A DNA stretch of 63,680 nucleotides, filler included, from Lama guanicoe (GCA_013239625.1; 171 parts of 171 records of this genome joined end to end with filler, not necessarily neighbours in it), one strand, 5' to 3'. Shown: positions 37,645 to 50,971, counted from the whole stretch's first letter. Notes: a model not told the origin generated them from the letters alone. Numbers and translations: made by a program.

Positions 37645-37917
37645 GTCCTGTGTACAGAATTGTGCCCCTTCTATATCATGAATCTATTACTTGGAAGAAT
37701 CTGTAATAACCATTTTGTAGGTATGTTGTCAAACCCCTTTTACTCGAAATGGCTCCGAATTTTACAAGGTCACTTTTTTGTTTTTAACAAAATCATGTTC
37801 ATTGCATGAGATGTTATCATTTAACATCTTTAGGTGATCAGTATATTATTTCAATTAGTTATTTTCCTGTTTCCAATTAAAGGTAACCTTTTCAAAATAG
37901 AAAATTATTACTGAAAT
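37645..37917 (+). repeat. Divergent copy of 36899..37171
   Basis: Direct end-to-end alignment. Confidence 0.95.
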
Positions 37918-38017
37918 NNNNNNNNNNNNNNNNNNNNNNNNNNNNNNNNNNNNNNNNNNNNTTAATTAATTAANNNNNNNNNNNNNNNNNNNNNNNNNNN
38001 NNNNNNNNNNNNNNNNN

Positions 38018-38290
38018 AAAAGTGTAAAAGCTTCACAAAAAATTACTTAGGGTAAAAAAGGAACTGTGCAAGGTACCCAGAGTAATGTATAAAAACCAAT
38101 TGCATTTTTTACACTACTGTTGAATCAACAGGAAAACAAAGTATAGAACAACCCCTTTTATAACTGCACCCAAAACTATAAAATATTAAGAATAATTCTG
38201 ACCAAGTAGGTGAATGACTTATACATGGAGAACAAGAAAAGATTGATTGAGGAAATCAAAAAACATTTGAAGAATTGAAAAGATACCCAA
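38018..38290 (+). mobile_element. Old LINE-1 ORF2 fragment
   Basis: AAAAACCAATTGCATTTTTTACACACT...AAAATATTAAGAATAATTCTGACCAAG...GAAAAGATACCCA. Confidence 0.7.
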
Positions 38291-39136
38291 NNNNNNNNNN
38301 NNNNNNNNNNNNNNNNNNNNNNNNNNNNNNNNNNTTAATTAATTAANNNNNNNNNNNNNNNNNNNNNNNNNNNNNNNNNNNNNNNNNNNNGTTACCCTGG
38401 CTGGGAAACAAATCATGAAGGGCTACGTGAAGTAGGGAACGCTTGAACTGAATATTCAGTCAAGTGAGAAACCTAAGGAAAGGGTTAAGGAGAATGCCAC
38501 AGCAGAGTAGGAGTGGGGGGCAGCTTTAACAAAGGCACAGAGATTGGAGAAGTACGTTGCCTAGATATAGTCAGGCAATAGCCAGTCAATTGAGGTTTTT
38601 GAAGCATGAAATATAGGAGACAAGTGGCCAAAAAAGGGGAGAATCCTATGATATGGATAATATNNNNNNNNNNNNNNNNNNNNNNNNNNNNNNNNNNNNN
38701 NNNNNNNTTAATTAATTAANNNNNNNNNNNNNNNNNNNNNNNNNNNNNNNNNNNNNNNNNNNNTTCCTGACCAAAGGTCACAGACATTTTGTCTGTCATC
38801 TCCAGAAAGCCGGAAGTCTGGCAGATGAAGTTCCTTCACACTTAACCTACAGCACTGGAGTATGCCAAAGGTAACTGGTCCACCATTAGATAATCAGGTC
38901 AAGTCAACACAGAACTATTGGACATAAAAGGAAATCCTTTTAATAATAGCATTCCTTGCAGGAATGAATATATGTGTGTTTACGTAGAACTGAAAAATTG
39001 TGCTCTACACTGTAAATTGACACAACATTGTAAACTNNNNNNNNNNNNNNNNNNNNNNNNNNNNNNNNNNNNNNNNNNNNTTAATTAATTAANNNNNNNN
39101 NNNNNNNNNNNNNNNNNNNNNNNNNNNNNNNNNNNN

Positions 39137-39409
39137 TGCAGGTTTTTGTGTGGACATAAGTTTTCAACTCCTTTGGGTAAATACCCAGGAGCACCGTTGC
39201 TACATCATATAGTGAAAGTATGTTCAGTTTCGTAAGAAACCGCCTAACTGTCTTCCAAAGGATGATCTTACATCCCCACCAGAAGTGAATGAGGGCTCCT
39301 GTTGTTCCACACCTCACCGGCATCTCACACTGTCAGTGTTCTGATTTTGGCCATTCTAATAGGGGTGTAGTGGTGTCTCATTTTAACTGGCATTTCCCTG
39401 CGGACACGC
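39137..39409 (-). mobile_element. L1MB-type ORF2 3' fragment
   Basis: Minus strand reads HFWWGCKIILWKTVRRFLTKLNI...LLGIYPKELKTYVHTKTC. Confidence 0.88.
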
Positions 39410-40628
39410 NNNNNNNNNNNNNNNNNNNNNNNNNNNNNNNNNNNNNNNNNNNNTTAATTAATTAANNNNNNNNNNNNNNNNNNNNNNNNNNNNNNNNNNN
39501 NNNNNNNNNACATGCTCTGCAAAGACCCGAGAAAGTCTCAGTCTCTCAAGCCAGACTGACCCTGAGGCTGGGCACAAGCAGAAAGTAAGTAACAATCACA
39601 GAGGTGTAAACTGCTCAGATGGTAAAGAGATGCCCCAGCACACACAGAAAGCCCCTTGGCAAAAGGCAGAACTATTGGTTCAAGGCATTTAAGGAAATCT
39701 CTGGCCAGTGCTTAGCTGACCACTAAGCTGACGGAGCAGGAACTTCAGCGGCTGCACATTGTAGGGAATACAGACTTTACAGNNNNNNNNNNNNNNNNNN
39801 NNNNNNNNNNNNNNNNNNNNNNNNNNTTAATTAATTAANNNNNNNNNNNNNNNNNNNNNNNNNNNNNNNNNNNNNNNNNNNNCTGCTGCTCCCTCAGGCT
39901 GTTTCCATGCTTGTCGGTCTGCTCCTTCCCCCCACCTGCAGAGCCCCCTCTTTTCTCCCCTACAACCTCAAGAACCCTTCAGGCCCTTTGAAAACCATCA
40001 CCTACAAATCCTCCCCAGTCTTCACACTCCAGCTTCAGGCCTACTTCCTTCATCTGGCTTCCCTGATGGCCGAGCCACCGCCCACCCCTCGTCCTCCCTG
40101 ATTTACGCGTCCCTCTCAGGCCCCCTGAGGCTCCTGGGCCGTGAGCTGCTGTGTTNNNNNNNNNNNNNNNNNNNNNNNNNNNNNNNNNNNNNNNNNNNNT
40201 TAATTAATTAANNNNNNNNNNNNNNNNNNNNNNNNNNNNNNNNNNNNNNNNNNNNTTAAAAACCTCTCTATATTAAAGCCTCATCTCCTTCTCTCTCTCA
40301 TATCATTGCCAATACACTTCAGAAGTTCATTTTAAAAGGCCCTGTGTTTTTCATGTCCCTAGTTATCCTGGTAATCTTAGGAGAACTAAAATCCCATCTT
40401 TCACTCGGGAAGAGCAGCAGTGGGGTGCTGGAGCATAGTCAAAATAACTGAAAAAGCGGGGATGGATAAAACACAAGAGCAAGGGAGAGAAAAAGGAAAT
40501 AGAAAAGGGTTAGGGATGTAGGGATGGTNNNNNNNNNNNNNNNNNNNNNNNNNNNNNNNNNNNNNNNNNNNNTTAATTAATTAANNNNNNNNNNNNNNNN
40601 NNNNNNNNNNNNNNNNNNNNNNNNNNNN

Positions 40629-40901
40629 TGTAAACAAGCAGGGTGGGGGGAGTGTCCCAAAAGCCAAAAGAAGAGAATTTTTGAAAGAGTCAAATGCTCA
40701 AGAATGTCAACTGCTCGAAAGTGAGTAAGCTGAAGTTGGGAAAATGCCGGATGGACTTCTGATGTCATCTCATAAACTCAGTGAGGAGTTTCATCGGAGT
40801 TGTGGGGATGGAACTGGGTGTGCGGTGGTGGGAGAGGAGAGTGGGGGTAAGGAATGGAAACAGTAAATATATACAGCTATCAGGGCAGGGGGCTTTGAAA
40901 A
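40629..40901 (-). mobile_element. L2 LINE fragment
   Basis: GTGTCCCAAAAGCCAAAAGAAGAGAA...GTCAAATGCT...GGAATGGAAACAGTAAATATATACAGCT is an L2-like pattern. Confidence 0.6.
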
Positions 40902-42493
40902 NNNNNNNNNNNNNNNNNNNNNNNNNNNNNNNNNNNNNNNNNNNNTTAATTAATTAANNNNNNNNNNNNNNNNNNNNNNNNNNNNNNNNNNNNNNNNNNN
41001 NAGGGACATATCTATGGACAGCAGCCCAGGGCTAGCACAGACATACATAGTATGTGTTAAATAAAGGAGCTGTTTAAATTCCCACTCTTCTCTATAAAAT
41101 CCAGACTTTCAATTTGAAATCCTAAAAATCTGCCTAGCTTACTGCACAGTCTCATTTATTTGTGATTAGGATGCATTCACTTGTTATATTAAGGTAGCGG
41201 AGTGCAAAACCTACAGTACCACATGTGATCCGACTGTCTGCATTAATCATATCACCAAGGATCTGTTCTTTTTTNNNNNNNNNNNNNNNNNNNNNNNNNN
41301 NNNNNNNNNNNNNNNNNNTTAATTAATTAANNNNNNNNNNNNNNNNNNNNNNNNNNNNNNNNNNNNNNNNNNNNCAGGTAGATGCATCCAGTGGGCAATC
41401 AGACCTGAGTCTGAAGCTCAGGCGTTTAGGGATCTTCAGCATAACAAAGGACTGTGGCATCCGGCCGCAGAAAGGCAGGGGCCCTTACTTAACTGAACTA
41501 TTATTTGGGGGCTCGGTAGACAAATTTGTCATCCCATATTTCTTGGGCCACCGAGACATGGTTGCCTATTTTTTCTTGTATTTTCTTAGAACATTGGAAA
41601 AACTTAATATTCTCAGTCCTGTCATCATTTCTTCTTGTGCTGAAAATNNNNNNNNNNNNNNNNNNNNNNNNNNNNNNNNNNNNNNNNNNNNTTAATTAAT
41701 TAANNNNNNNNNNNNNNNNNNNNNNNNNNNNNNNNNNNNNNNNNNNNGGTGTTCCTTTTTCTCCAAGATCTCACCAATATCTATTTCTTTTCTTTTTGAT
41801 GAGAACCTTCTGACAAATGTGAGGTATTGTCTCATTTTTGGTTTATGGCTTTCATAATAATTTATAACTCTGAAAACATTTTCATGTATCATATGGCCAA
41901 CTGTATGTTTTCTACAGAAATTTGATTCAGACCTATCTATTCAGTTCTATGGACATTTTTTAAATTCTTTTGTTTGCTCTTTTTTACTGTAGTTTTGGGG
42001 TAAGAGTTTGCCATATATTTNNNNNNNNNNNNNNNNNNNNNNNNNNNNNNNNNNNNNNNNNNNNTTAATTAATTAANNNNNNNNNNNNNNNNNNNNNNNN
42101 NNNNNNNNNNNNNNNNNNNNCACATGTCTGGTACTGCCAGGAGTGCTGAGGATGCACGAGGTCTTTGAGGTAAGTGTTGGAGTCGAGACCAGAGCACTAC
42201 GGGAAGCCCAGTGCATAACAGGTCAACAGCTTCTTGCCTCCAATTCCAACATCCAGATCTTTCAAAATTGAAACATGTGTTCGGTAACTAGTTTGGCAGC
42301 AAGATCTGGCCTTACCTGACCTGAACTCTTACTTATTTGGCAGCAAAAACTGACCTGAACTGACAGGAGGATATTTGTAAATTTTTTTTTTTTNNNNNNN
42401 NNNNNNNNNNNNNNNNNNNNNNNNNNNNNNNNNNNNNTTAATTAATTAANNNNNNNNNNNNNNNNNNNNNNNNNNNNNNNNNNNNNNNNNNNN

Positions 42494-42766
42494 GGGCCCT
42501 GCAACCAGACCCCAAGACCCAGCTCTGCCCACCAGTAGGCTGCCATGAGCCCAGGACTACCAGTGGGTGGGCAACAGCCCTGGGATCTCCTTGACCCTGA
42601 CTCCACCCACCAGTAATCCAGAACAGGCCCCCGGGCCCCCAAGGATTCCACAGTCAACCACCTCCTGACCATGTTCCACCAACCAGTGATTTGGTAACTA
42701 ACAGGACTAGGGGTCACCCAAGCCTACAAGGCTGCCCCCGCAGTCCTCCCACCACAGACCCTCACA
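42494..42766 (+). mobile_element. LINE-1 5' region with internally repeated CCCACCAGT units
   Basis: Repeated CCCAGCTCTGCCCACCAGTAGG / CTCCACCCACCAGTAA units typical of laurasiatherian L1 5' regions. Confidence 0.55.
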
Positions 42767-43239
42767 NNNNNNNNNNNNNNNNNNNNNNNNNNNNNNNNNN
42801 NNNNNNNNNNTTAATTAATTAANNNNNNNNNNNNNNNNNNNNNNNNNNNNNNNNNNNNNNNNNNNNAAGGATTTAATTAATGGTTTCCCAAGTCCTTTGA
42901 GAAAGAGAAATTAAATTAATTAAAGCAGGAAAGTGGACAGAAAAAGCAAGTAGCTTAGCCAAGATCTCATAGCTCAGTGGCACCTAACTTGAGGTTTTTG
43001 ACTCTAGTAAACGATCCAAGGGAATGTTACTGCTGCCTTCTCTCCTTGTATCAGTTTCTTTCCACCCAAAATGTTGGGGTGACCAGCAGGATTCTTGTTT
43101 TTTTCTGGTCCTTTCAGAAGGCAAGAGGCCATTTTTTTTNNNNNNNNNNNNNNNNNNNNNNNNNNNNNNNNNNNNNNNNNNNNTTAATTAATTAANNNNN
43201 NNNNNNNNNNNNNNNNNNNNNNNNNNNNNNNNNNNNNNN

Positions 43240-43512
43240 CATCATTCAAAAGTCCACAAATGACAAATGCTGGAGACGGTGTGGAGAATCCAGTTTGGTG
43301 TAGCCATTATGGAAAACAGGGTGATTCCTCAAAAGACTAAAAATAGACTTACCATATGACCCAGAAGTCCCACTCCTATGTGTATATCCAGAGGGAACCC
43401 TTATTCAAAAAGACCTGTACCTCAACATTCATAGCAGCATTATTTACAGTAGCCAAGACATGAAAACAACCTAAATGTCCATCAACAGAAGACTGGATAA
43501 AGAAGTTGTGGT
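43240..43512 (+). mobile_element. LINE-1 ORF2 3' fragment
   Basis: AAATGCTGGAGACGGTGTGGAGAA...TTACCATATGACCCAG...AACAACCTAAATGTCCATCAACAG. Confidence 0.88.
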
Positions 43513-44358
43513 NNNNNNNNNNNNNNNNNNNNNNNNNNNNNNNNNNNNNNNNNNNNTTAATTAATTAANNNNNNNNNNNNNNNNNNNNNNNNNNNNNNNN
43601 NNNNNNNNNNNNCCCCATGCGTTTCAGTGGCAACTACGATTTATTGAGAACCTACCTTCTGATGTGCCATTTCTGACTCTCATGAAAGCCCCATTTTAGG
43701 GACAAACGGAAGCTGGGTGTGCAGGTTGGGCACTCTAAAGTCTCACCGGTGGTGATGGGCACAGCTGGGATTCAAACCCAGGTCTTTCAGGCTCAAAATC
43801 CCAGGGTCTTCTCATCACCAATTGATATCACCTCCCTCATCAGTTATTCCTCTACACGGTTATAGAGGACACAAGCTCCAGATGANNNNNNNNNNNNNNN
43901 NNNNNNNNNNNNNNNNNNNNNNNNNNNNNTTAATTAATTAANNNNNNNNNNNNNNNNNNNNNNNNNNNNNNNNNNNNNNNNNNNNGACTTATTCTTTGAA
44001 ATCATCTGTCTCTCCAGAGAATTATTTATGTGAACGCGATTTTATATTGAAATTTATGGTACTGTGTGTTCTCTGCCCTGTCTCCTTTTTACAGTAAACT
44101 CTGCAGCACCTGGAGATGTGTTTTCTTTCTTGAGCTTAAAAATTAAGGAAATAAACCAAGCAGCTCAGAAGACAATCCCCCTTCATTAACACAAAATGGT
44201 TAACAATAGCTGTAACTGTGAACACTAATAGTCAGGTCTGTACCATGGAGACCCTGCCNNNNNNNNNNNNNNNNNNNNNNNNNNNNNNNNNNNNNNNNNN
44301 NNTTAATTAATTAANNNNNNNNNNNNNNNNNNNNNNNNNNNNNNNNNNNNNNNNNNNN

Positions 44359-44631
44359 GAGGAGTCCCTTTAGTCTCAGTGTCTCCACTCCTCCTGTTCA
44401 CTCTGCAATCCTCCACCTGACTTCTGCCCCACAACTCCACATGCGTTATCACCAAGGTCAAGGTCACTCAGTGCAGAGTTCTTTCAGTTCCCTGTGGCTG
44501 GCCCACCAGGTCCATCTAGCAGATGGCAACGCCCTCTTGGCTTCCACAAGCCGCATCCTGCCATCTTCCTCCACCTCGCTCACCCTCCTTGCAGTTTCCC
44601 ACGCCGGCTCGGACCCTCTCCTCTCCCAGAC
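44359..44631 (+). mobile_element. L2 LINE fragment
   Basis: CTCTGCAATC...CTTCTGCCCCACAACTCCAC...TCACCAAGGTCA...CTTGGCTTCCAC is an L2-like pattern. Confidence 0.55.
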
Positions 44632-45477
44632 NNNNNNNNNNNNNNNNNNNNNNNNNNNNNNNNNNNNNNNNNNNNTTAATTAATTAANNNNNNNNNNNNN
44701 NNNNNNNNNNNNNNNNNNNNNNNNNNNNNNNCTAGGAACGACTCAAATGTCCACCAGAACCTAAGTGCATAAGCAAACTGTAGTATATCCATACACTGGA
44801 ATGTTACTAGACCATCAAAAGGAATGACTGATACACTCAATAAAATGAACGCATCTCAAAACATCATGCGTACAAACTCAATGATTCCGTTTATATAAAA
44901 TTTTTAAATAGGCAAAGCTAATCTATAGTGACAAAAGCAGATCAGCCATTGCATGGGGCGGGGGTAGGGGAAACTGACAGCAAAGGGACAAAGATAGCTC
45001 TCAANNNNNNNNNNNNNNNNNNNNNNNNNNNNNNNNNNNNNNNNNNNNTTAATTAATTAANNNNNNNNNNNNNNNNNNNNNNNNNNNNNNNNNNNNNNNN
45101 NNNNCTCTGAAAGACACCTGCAGTGTCCGCACGCACATGCTGGTGTTTTAAACCTCTGTGTCTCGTAACGGGGGGAAAACTTACTTCTGTCCAAATGAGC
45201 AAACATAGCGTTTGACCCAGAAATCATACATGCCGCCGGAGGGAGAATAAACTTGATTTAAAAAAAAATTAACTTTCTGAAAGTCAAGCGGGTAAGACAT
45301 AGCAGATGCCCTTAAATCCGTCAATCAGCTCTGGTCTGTCTGGTTATTCCATTTTTAGAAATCTATCTTAAAAAAAANNNNNNNNNNNNNNNNNNNNNNN
45401 NNNNNNNNNNNNNNNNNNNNNTTAATTAATTAANNNNNNNNNNNNNNNNNNNNNNNNNNNNNNNNNNNNNNNNNNNN

Positions 45478-45741
45478 CATAGCACTGAATATTATCCATA
45501 GCCCTTGAAGAGGAACTAAAGGTCCTTGACTTTGTTTAATGACTAAACTATTTTTATTTTGTCTTGCTTGACCGTTTTCCTTTATTTCTACATTTTCTCA
45601 GTTCTCTGATTAAGTTTATTCTTTGGAACTCAAGGAAGGCCCAGGAGGCTAAAGCTTTTCTACAAACAAGAGACAAGTGGAAGTGTTGTATAGAGGGGTG
45701 GTCTGTCCTGGGAAGGCCCCATTGGGTCCTGCTCATTTACA
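45478..45741. mobile_element. ERV1 LTR terminal part, MER41-like family, ending ...TTACA
   Basis: GAACTAAAGGTCCTTGACTTTG...CTGGGAAGGCCCC...GTCCTGCTCATTTACA. Confidence 0.65.
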
Positions 45742-45850
45742 ATGGGGGGGNNNNNNNNNNNNNNNNNNNNNNNNNNNNNNNNNNNNNNNNNNNNTTAATT
45801 AATTAANNNNNNNNNNNNNNNNNNNNNNNNNNNNNNNNNNNNNNNNNNNN

Positions 45851-46123
45851 TGTAAGATAGAATGTCCCAGCACCGCTCCCGTTAAAGCTTAAATATATGT
45901 TTAACCTACAAGAGATGGATGGCAGAGGAAGGGAAGGGAAGAGGAAAGAAGCCTGGTCCTTGAGGCCAGTGCAGCTGGAGAGACAAGACTGTCTTAAAAA
46001 GCCAGCTGGAGTTGGGTAGAGCGAATATCTTTCATAGCAATATGACTTTTGAGGCTACAATAAAAATACACATGCATGCACCGATGCATATACGAGTGTG
46101 TGTGTACGTCTCACCTAGCTTCA
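45851..46123 (+). repeat. Contig duplicated in reverse orientation, with divergence, at 59671..59944
   Basis: Same terminal 49-mers; about 11 internal differences including one 1-nt indel. Confidence 0.95.
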
Positions 46124-46223
46124 NNNNNNNNNNNNNNNNNNNNNNNNNNNNNNNNNNNNNNNNNNNNTTAATTAATTAANNNNNNNNNNNNNNNNNNNNN
46201 NNNNNNNNNNNNNNNNNNNNNNN

Positions 46224-46496
46224 AAAAAAAAACTCTCCAGGAAGCACGCATACAGGGAACTTACCTCAATGTAATAAAGGCCATGTATGACAAACCAACA
46301 GCTAACTCAACAGCAAAAAGCTGAAAGCATTCCCCCTAAGATCAAGAATAAGACAAACGTGCCCACTCTTGCCACTTTTATTCAACATAGTTTTAGAAGT
46401 CCTAGACACAGCAATCAAAGGAGAAAAAGAAATGAAAGGGATATAAATTGGAAAGGAAGACGTAAAACTGTCACTAGTTGCAGATGACATGATACT
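46224..46496 (+). mobile_element. LINE-1 ORF2 reverse transcriptase fragment (decayed)
   Basis: Reads ...[18 protein letters not shown]... and [10 protein letters not shown], with VADD at 46477..46488. Confidence 0.9.
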
Positions 46497-46596
46497 NNNN
46501 NNNNNNNNNNNNNNNNNNNNNNNNNNNNNNNNNNNNNNNNTTAATTAATTAANNNNNNNNNNNNNNNNNNNNNNNNNNNNNNNNNNNNNNNNNNNN

Positions 46597-46869
46597 CCCC
46601 AAAATAAACCCATGCACTTCTGGTCAATCAGTCTATGACAAAGGGCGCAAGAATATACAATGGAGAAAACCATCTCTTCAATAAGTGGTGCTGGGAAAAC
46701 TGGGCAGCTACATGCAAAAAAGTGAAATTAGAACATTTCCTCACACCATATTCAAAAATAAACTCAAACTGGATTAAAGACCTAAATGTAAGACTGGATA
46801 CTATAGAACTCCTAGAGGAGAAAAATAGGCAGAACAATCTTTGACATAAATTGCAACAATATTTTTTGG
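46597..46869 (+). mobile_element. LINE-1 ORF2 fragment
   Basis: [40 protein letters not shown]. Confidence 0.93.
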
Positions 46870-48088
46870 NNNNNNNNNNNNNNNNNNNNNNNNNNNNNNN
46901 NNNNNNNNNNNNNTTAATTAATTAANNNNNNNNNNNNNNNNNNNNNNNNNNNNNNNNNNNNNNNNNNNNTTTTTTCCTTTGTGAAAATGTAAATGTGGAA
47001 ATAGTTTTCTCTTTATGTACATTTATTTTATACATAAGGCATCAGTACTTCTATTGATGGATAACTGCTAAATAAATTCAACTTTTGTCAGGAGAAAATA
47101 TTGTGGAAAAAATGCAGCATTAAAAAAATCTGTGTGTTATGTATAATACTTCATTTGGAGTCATGGTTCTATGGGATTTATGTCTTTGACTAACTTGAAG
47201 CTATTTTACAACTCTTGAAGTTGCAGAAAACTGACAATAATGNNNNNNNNNNNNNNNNNNNNNNNNNNNNNNNNNNNNNNNNNNNNTTAATTAATTAANN
47301 NNNNNNNNNNNNNNNNNNNNNNNNNNNNNNNNNNNNNNNNNNTACGAATTCCCACCAGAGCACTCATTTGCTTTATGTTTCCCAGACAAAGTCAACAGCT
47401 CTTGTTTATCATAAAGAATGGAGGCTAAGGTTTGAAGAACGTGGTAAGGCATTCCAGACTCATTTTGTAAAATGGGACTGATAGCTGATGGAAGACAGAT
47501 GGGCGGGTCTGTGAGCAGAAATGAGTGCCTGGTTGAAACGGGAGATCACCAATTTGTGACAGTGAGCTGCCTGTGTGTGCACTCTGCCTTGAGACCACTC
47601 AGCTGTTTAGCTCGGNNNNNNNNNNNNNNNNNNNNNNNNNNNNNNNNNNNNNNNNNNNNTTAATTAATTAANNNNNNNNNNNNNNNNNNNNNNNNNNNNN
47701 NNNNNNNNNNNNNNNAAGTGGGGAAGGGTCACATACTGGTAGGAAAACCTGTATCTTGTTTTCTCCCCCATGGTCCAGGTTTAAACTTATCATTCCAGTG
47801 TGTTATTAATAACATCTTCTTTCAATTTCAAAATGTCCTGATTTGAACAACAATTCATTATTTGCTCACTCTAATGATCAGAGGCTGGGCTTTGGGAAAG
47901 GGAAAAGCCTAAAGCATTTAGTTGTATTAGTAACAATTAAGTATATTTCTAAATTTAATATACTATTAACATTTTCAATGTCATCAATNNNNNNNNNNNN
48001 NNNNNNNNNNNNNNNNNNNNNNNNNNNNNNNNTTAATTAATTAANNNNNNNNNNNNNNNNNNNNNNNNNNNNNNNNNNNNNNNNNNNN

Positions 48089-48360
48089 GTTGTTTATCTA
48101 TTTTATATATAGTAATGTGTATCTGTTAATCCCAAATGCCTAATTTATCCCTCCAACCACCTTTCCCCTTTGGTACACATAGTTTGTTTTCTATGTCCAT
48201 GAGTCTATTTTTGATTTGTAAATAAGATTTATATCTTACTTTTTTTTAGATTCCACATATAAGTGATATCTTATGATTGTTATTTTTCTTTCTGTGTCTG
48301 CCTTACTTCGGTTAATATGATAACCTCTAGGTCCATCCATGTTGCTGCAAATGGCATTGT
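48089..48360 (-). mobile_element. Artiodactyl-type LINE-1 3' UTR
   Basis: TTTTAGATTCCACATATAAGTGATATC...CTCTAGGTCCATCCATGTTGCTGCAAATGGCATT. Confidence 0.88.
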
Positions 48361-50698
48361 NNNNNNNNNNNNNNNNNNNNNNNNNNNNNNNNNNNNNNNN
48401 NNNNTTAATTAATTAANNNNNNNNNNNNNNNNNNNNNNNNNNNNNNNNNNNNNNNNNNNNAAATCATATAAATTAGGTAACTTTTACAGGCTCACACAGA
48501 ATTGCTTATCAAGGGGGAAGCTGGATCAAAAGAACCATACTTAAATCCCTTCCAAATCCACTAATTCTGATATAATTTCTATTTAAGCCTTTTAAGTTTG
48601 TGGCTCCTGCGAAGAAACATCATTGCTTTTTGCTAGATTTGTCATAGATAGCCATCCTCCTTTGGCGCAAACAGGAGGTAAGTGTCAAATATAAGCATTT
48701 GCTCTGGTGTAGAGACAGAAAAAAAATTTTTTTNNNNNNNNNNNNNNNNNNNNNNNNNNNNNNNNNNNNNNNNNNNNTTAATTAATTAANNNNNNNNNNN
48801 NNNNNNNNNNNNNNNNNNNNNNNNNNNNNNNNNTTTTTTTTTTTCTTCCCTTTAACACAAAAACATTTCTGTACCTCATTCTTTTTTACTGAAAACATGC
48901 TTCCCGTTTTTCTTCCATACTGAAGGGCATACATTGGCCACACAGCAGTTAAGTTAAAATACCGTCTTTTCCCAAGTCATGGAGCTATAGCTAGAGTTGG
49001 ACCAATCAACGAAAATTCTGCCCAAAGGGCTGTCTGATGGAATGGAAGTGGTGCTAAGCATTTTCATCTCTAAGTGCAAAACACAAACACAGACCTCGGC
49101 CAGCAGNNNNNNNNNNNNNNNNNNNNNNNNNNNNNNNNNNNNNNNNNNNNTTAATTAATTAANNNNNNNNNNNNNNNNNNNNNNNNNNNNNNNNNNNNNN
49201 NNNNNNAGGAGTATTAGCAATATCAGATTAAATGCTGAATACCCCTCCCTTCCCCCCGAAGCAAATTGCAGTATGTGCTACATAAGCTTTTAGTTATCTG
49301 ATTCTCCTTTCTCATCTTACAGGCAATTTTTGTGTTGCATCTTTCCCGGCAACCTGGAAGATCTTTTTAGCCATAGGTGGCTCTGTTGCACCTTCTTACA
49401 GTCTTAATTTTCCTGTTTGTAAAAGAAGTTTTAAACAACGTTATTTTATTTTGATTTCTTTGCTTAATGCTTCAGGATANNNNNNNNNNNNNNNNNNNNN
49501 NNNNNNNNNNNNNNNNNNNNNNNTTAATTAATTAANNNNNNNNNNNNNNNNNNNNNNNNNNNNNNNNNNNNNNNNNNNNGTTCATCATTCTGAAAACTGG
49601 GAACTCAAGCAAGCAAGCAAACAAAAAACAGCCATCTCTTCTGCCTTTCCTATATGAACTACATTACAGTGACGAGACTTCTTAAGAAAGTTTTCCTTAA
49701 AGAACACAGCTCCATCTAATAAATCTGGAAGAGATGACAAAGTTTTTGACGGGTCTAGAAGGTGACATGAACAACACTGACAAACAGATGGTGATGACCA
49801 GTGACACTGTGTGCTGGTTCCTATGACACATCCCTGCTCAGGGGCAGCCTGANNNNNNNNNNNNNNNNNNNNNNNNNNNNNNNNNNNNNNNNNNNNTTAA
49901 TTAATTAANNNNNNNNNNNNNNNNNNNNNNNNNNNNNNNNNNNNNNNNNNNNTTCTCTTTTATGTATATTTCATCATTAGTAAACTATATATTAATCATT
50001 GGTAAAATTTATATTTTAGCAATAATTAAGCACATATTAGCAAAAGAAGAATCATCCTTTTAAAAAAATAACGAGCTTGGCATAGTTGGGAGTCAAACTG
50101 CCAAAAACTTTCTGAGAGATTCATTTATTGCTCAACAGTAATATATTAAATCCCCAGTTTGTGTCAGGAACTACAAATCAAGTGTCTAAAAAGAGACTTC
50201 TATTTAGTTCTTTTTTCTTTTTAATNNNNNNNNNNNNNNNNNNNNNNNNNNNNNNNNNNNNNNNNNNNNTTAATTAATTAANNNNNNNNNNNNNNNNNNN
50301 NNNNNNNNNNNNNNNNNNNNNNNNNAAAAAAAAACTTTTAACTAAGTAATCAAAATGATATATAAAGATTTATCCAACACAAAAAACAAAGAAGGAAAAG
50401 GAAAAAGACCTGGTAGGGATGAAACCAAAATTGTAGACAGAAATCCAATCATACTGATAATTACATTAAACTAGAAAGGGCTAAATCCTCCAATCAAACA
50501 GCAGAGGTATTCCAACTAGATAAAGAAGCCAGATGCAAAAGATGACACTGTATATGATCCTACTCATATTAGATGTTCAGAAAAGACAACTTTGTGGGNN
50601 NNNNNNNNNNNNNNNNNNNNNNNNNNNNNNNNNNNNNNNNNNTTAATTAATTAANNNNNNNNNNNNNNNNNNNNNNNNNNNNNNNNNNNNNNNNNNNN

Positions 50699-50971
50699 AA
50701 TCTTAGCAATATTCTCCTAGGGCAGTCTACCCAGGCAATAGAAATAAGAGCAAAATTAAACAAATGAGACCTAATTAAACTTATAAGCTTTACCACAGTA
50801 AAGGAAACCATAAGCAAAACAAAAAGACAACCTGCATAATGGCAGAAAATATTTGCAAAAGATGTGACTGTCAAGGGCTTAATCTCCAGAATATATAAAC
50901 AGCTCATACAACTGAATAAGAAAAAAACAAACCACCCAATCCAAAAATGGGCAGGAGACCCAAACAAGCAA
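50699..50971 (+). mobile_element. LINE-1 ORF2 fragment
   Basis: AACAAATGAGACCTAATTAAACTTATAAGC...GAAAATATTTGCAAA...CCAATCCAAAAATGGGCAG. Confidence 0.9.

Noticed and set aside
36899..37917. Local tandem duplication around 37272..37544 (LTR-like flanking direct repeats)
   Set aside because: The two copies are separate contigs placed near each other only by length sorting, and the intervening contig is unrelated.
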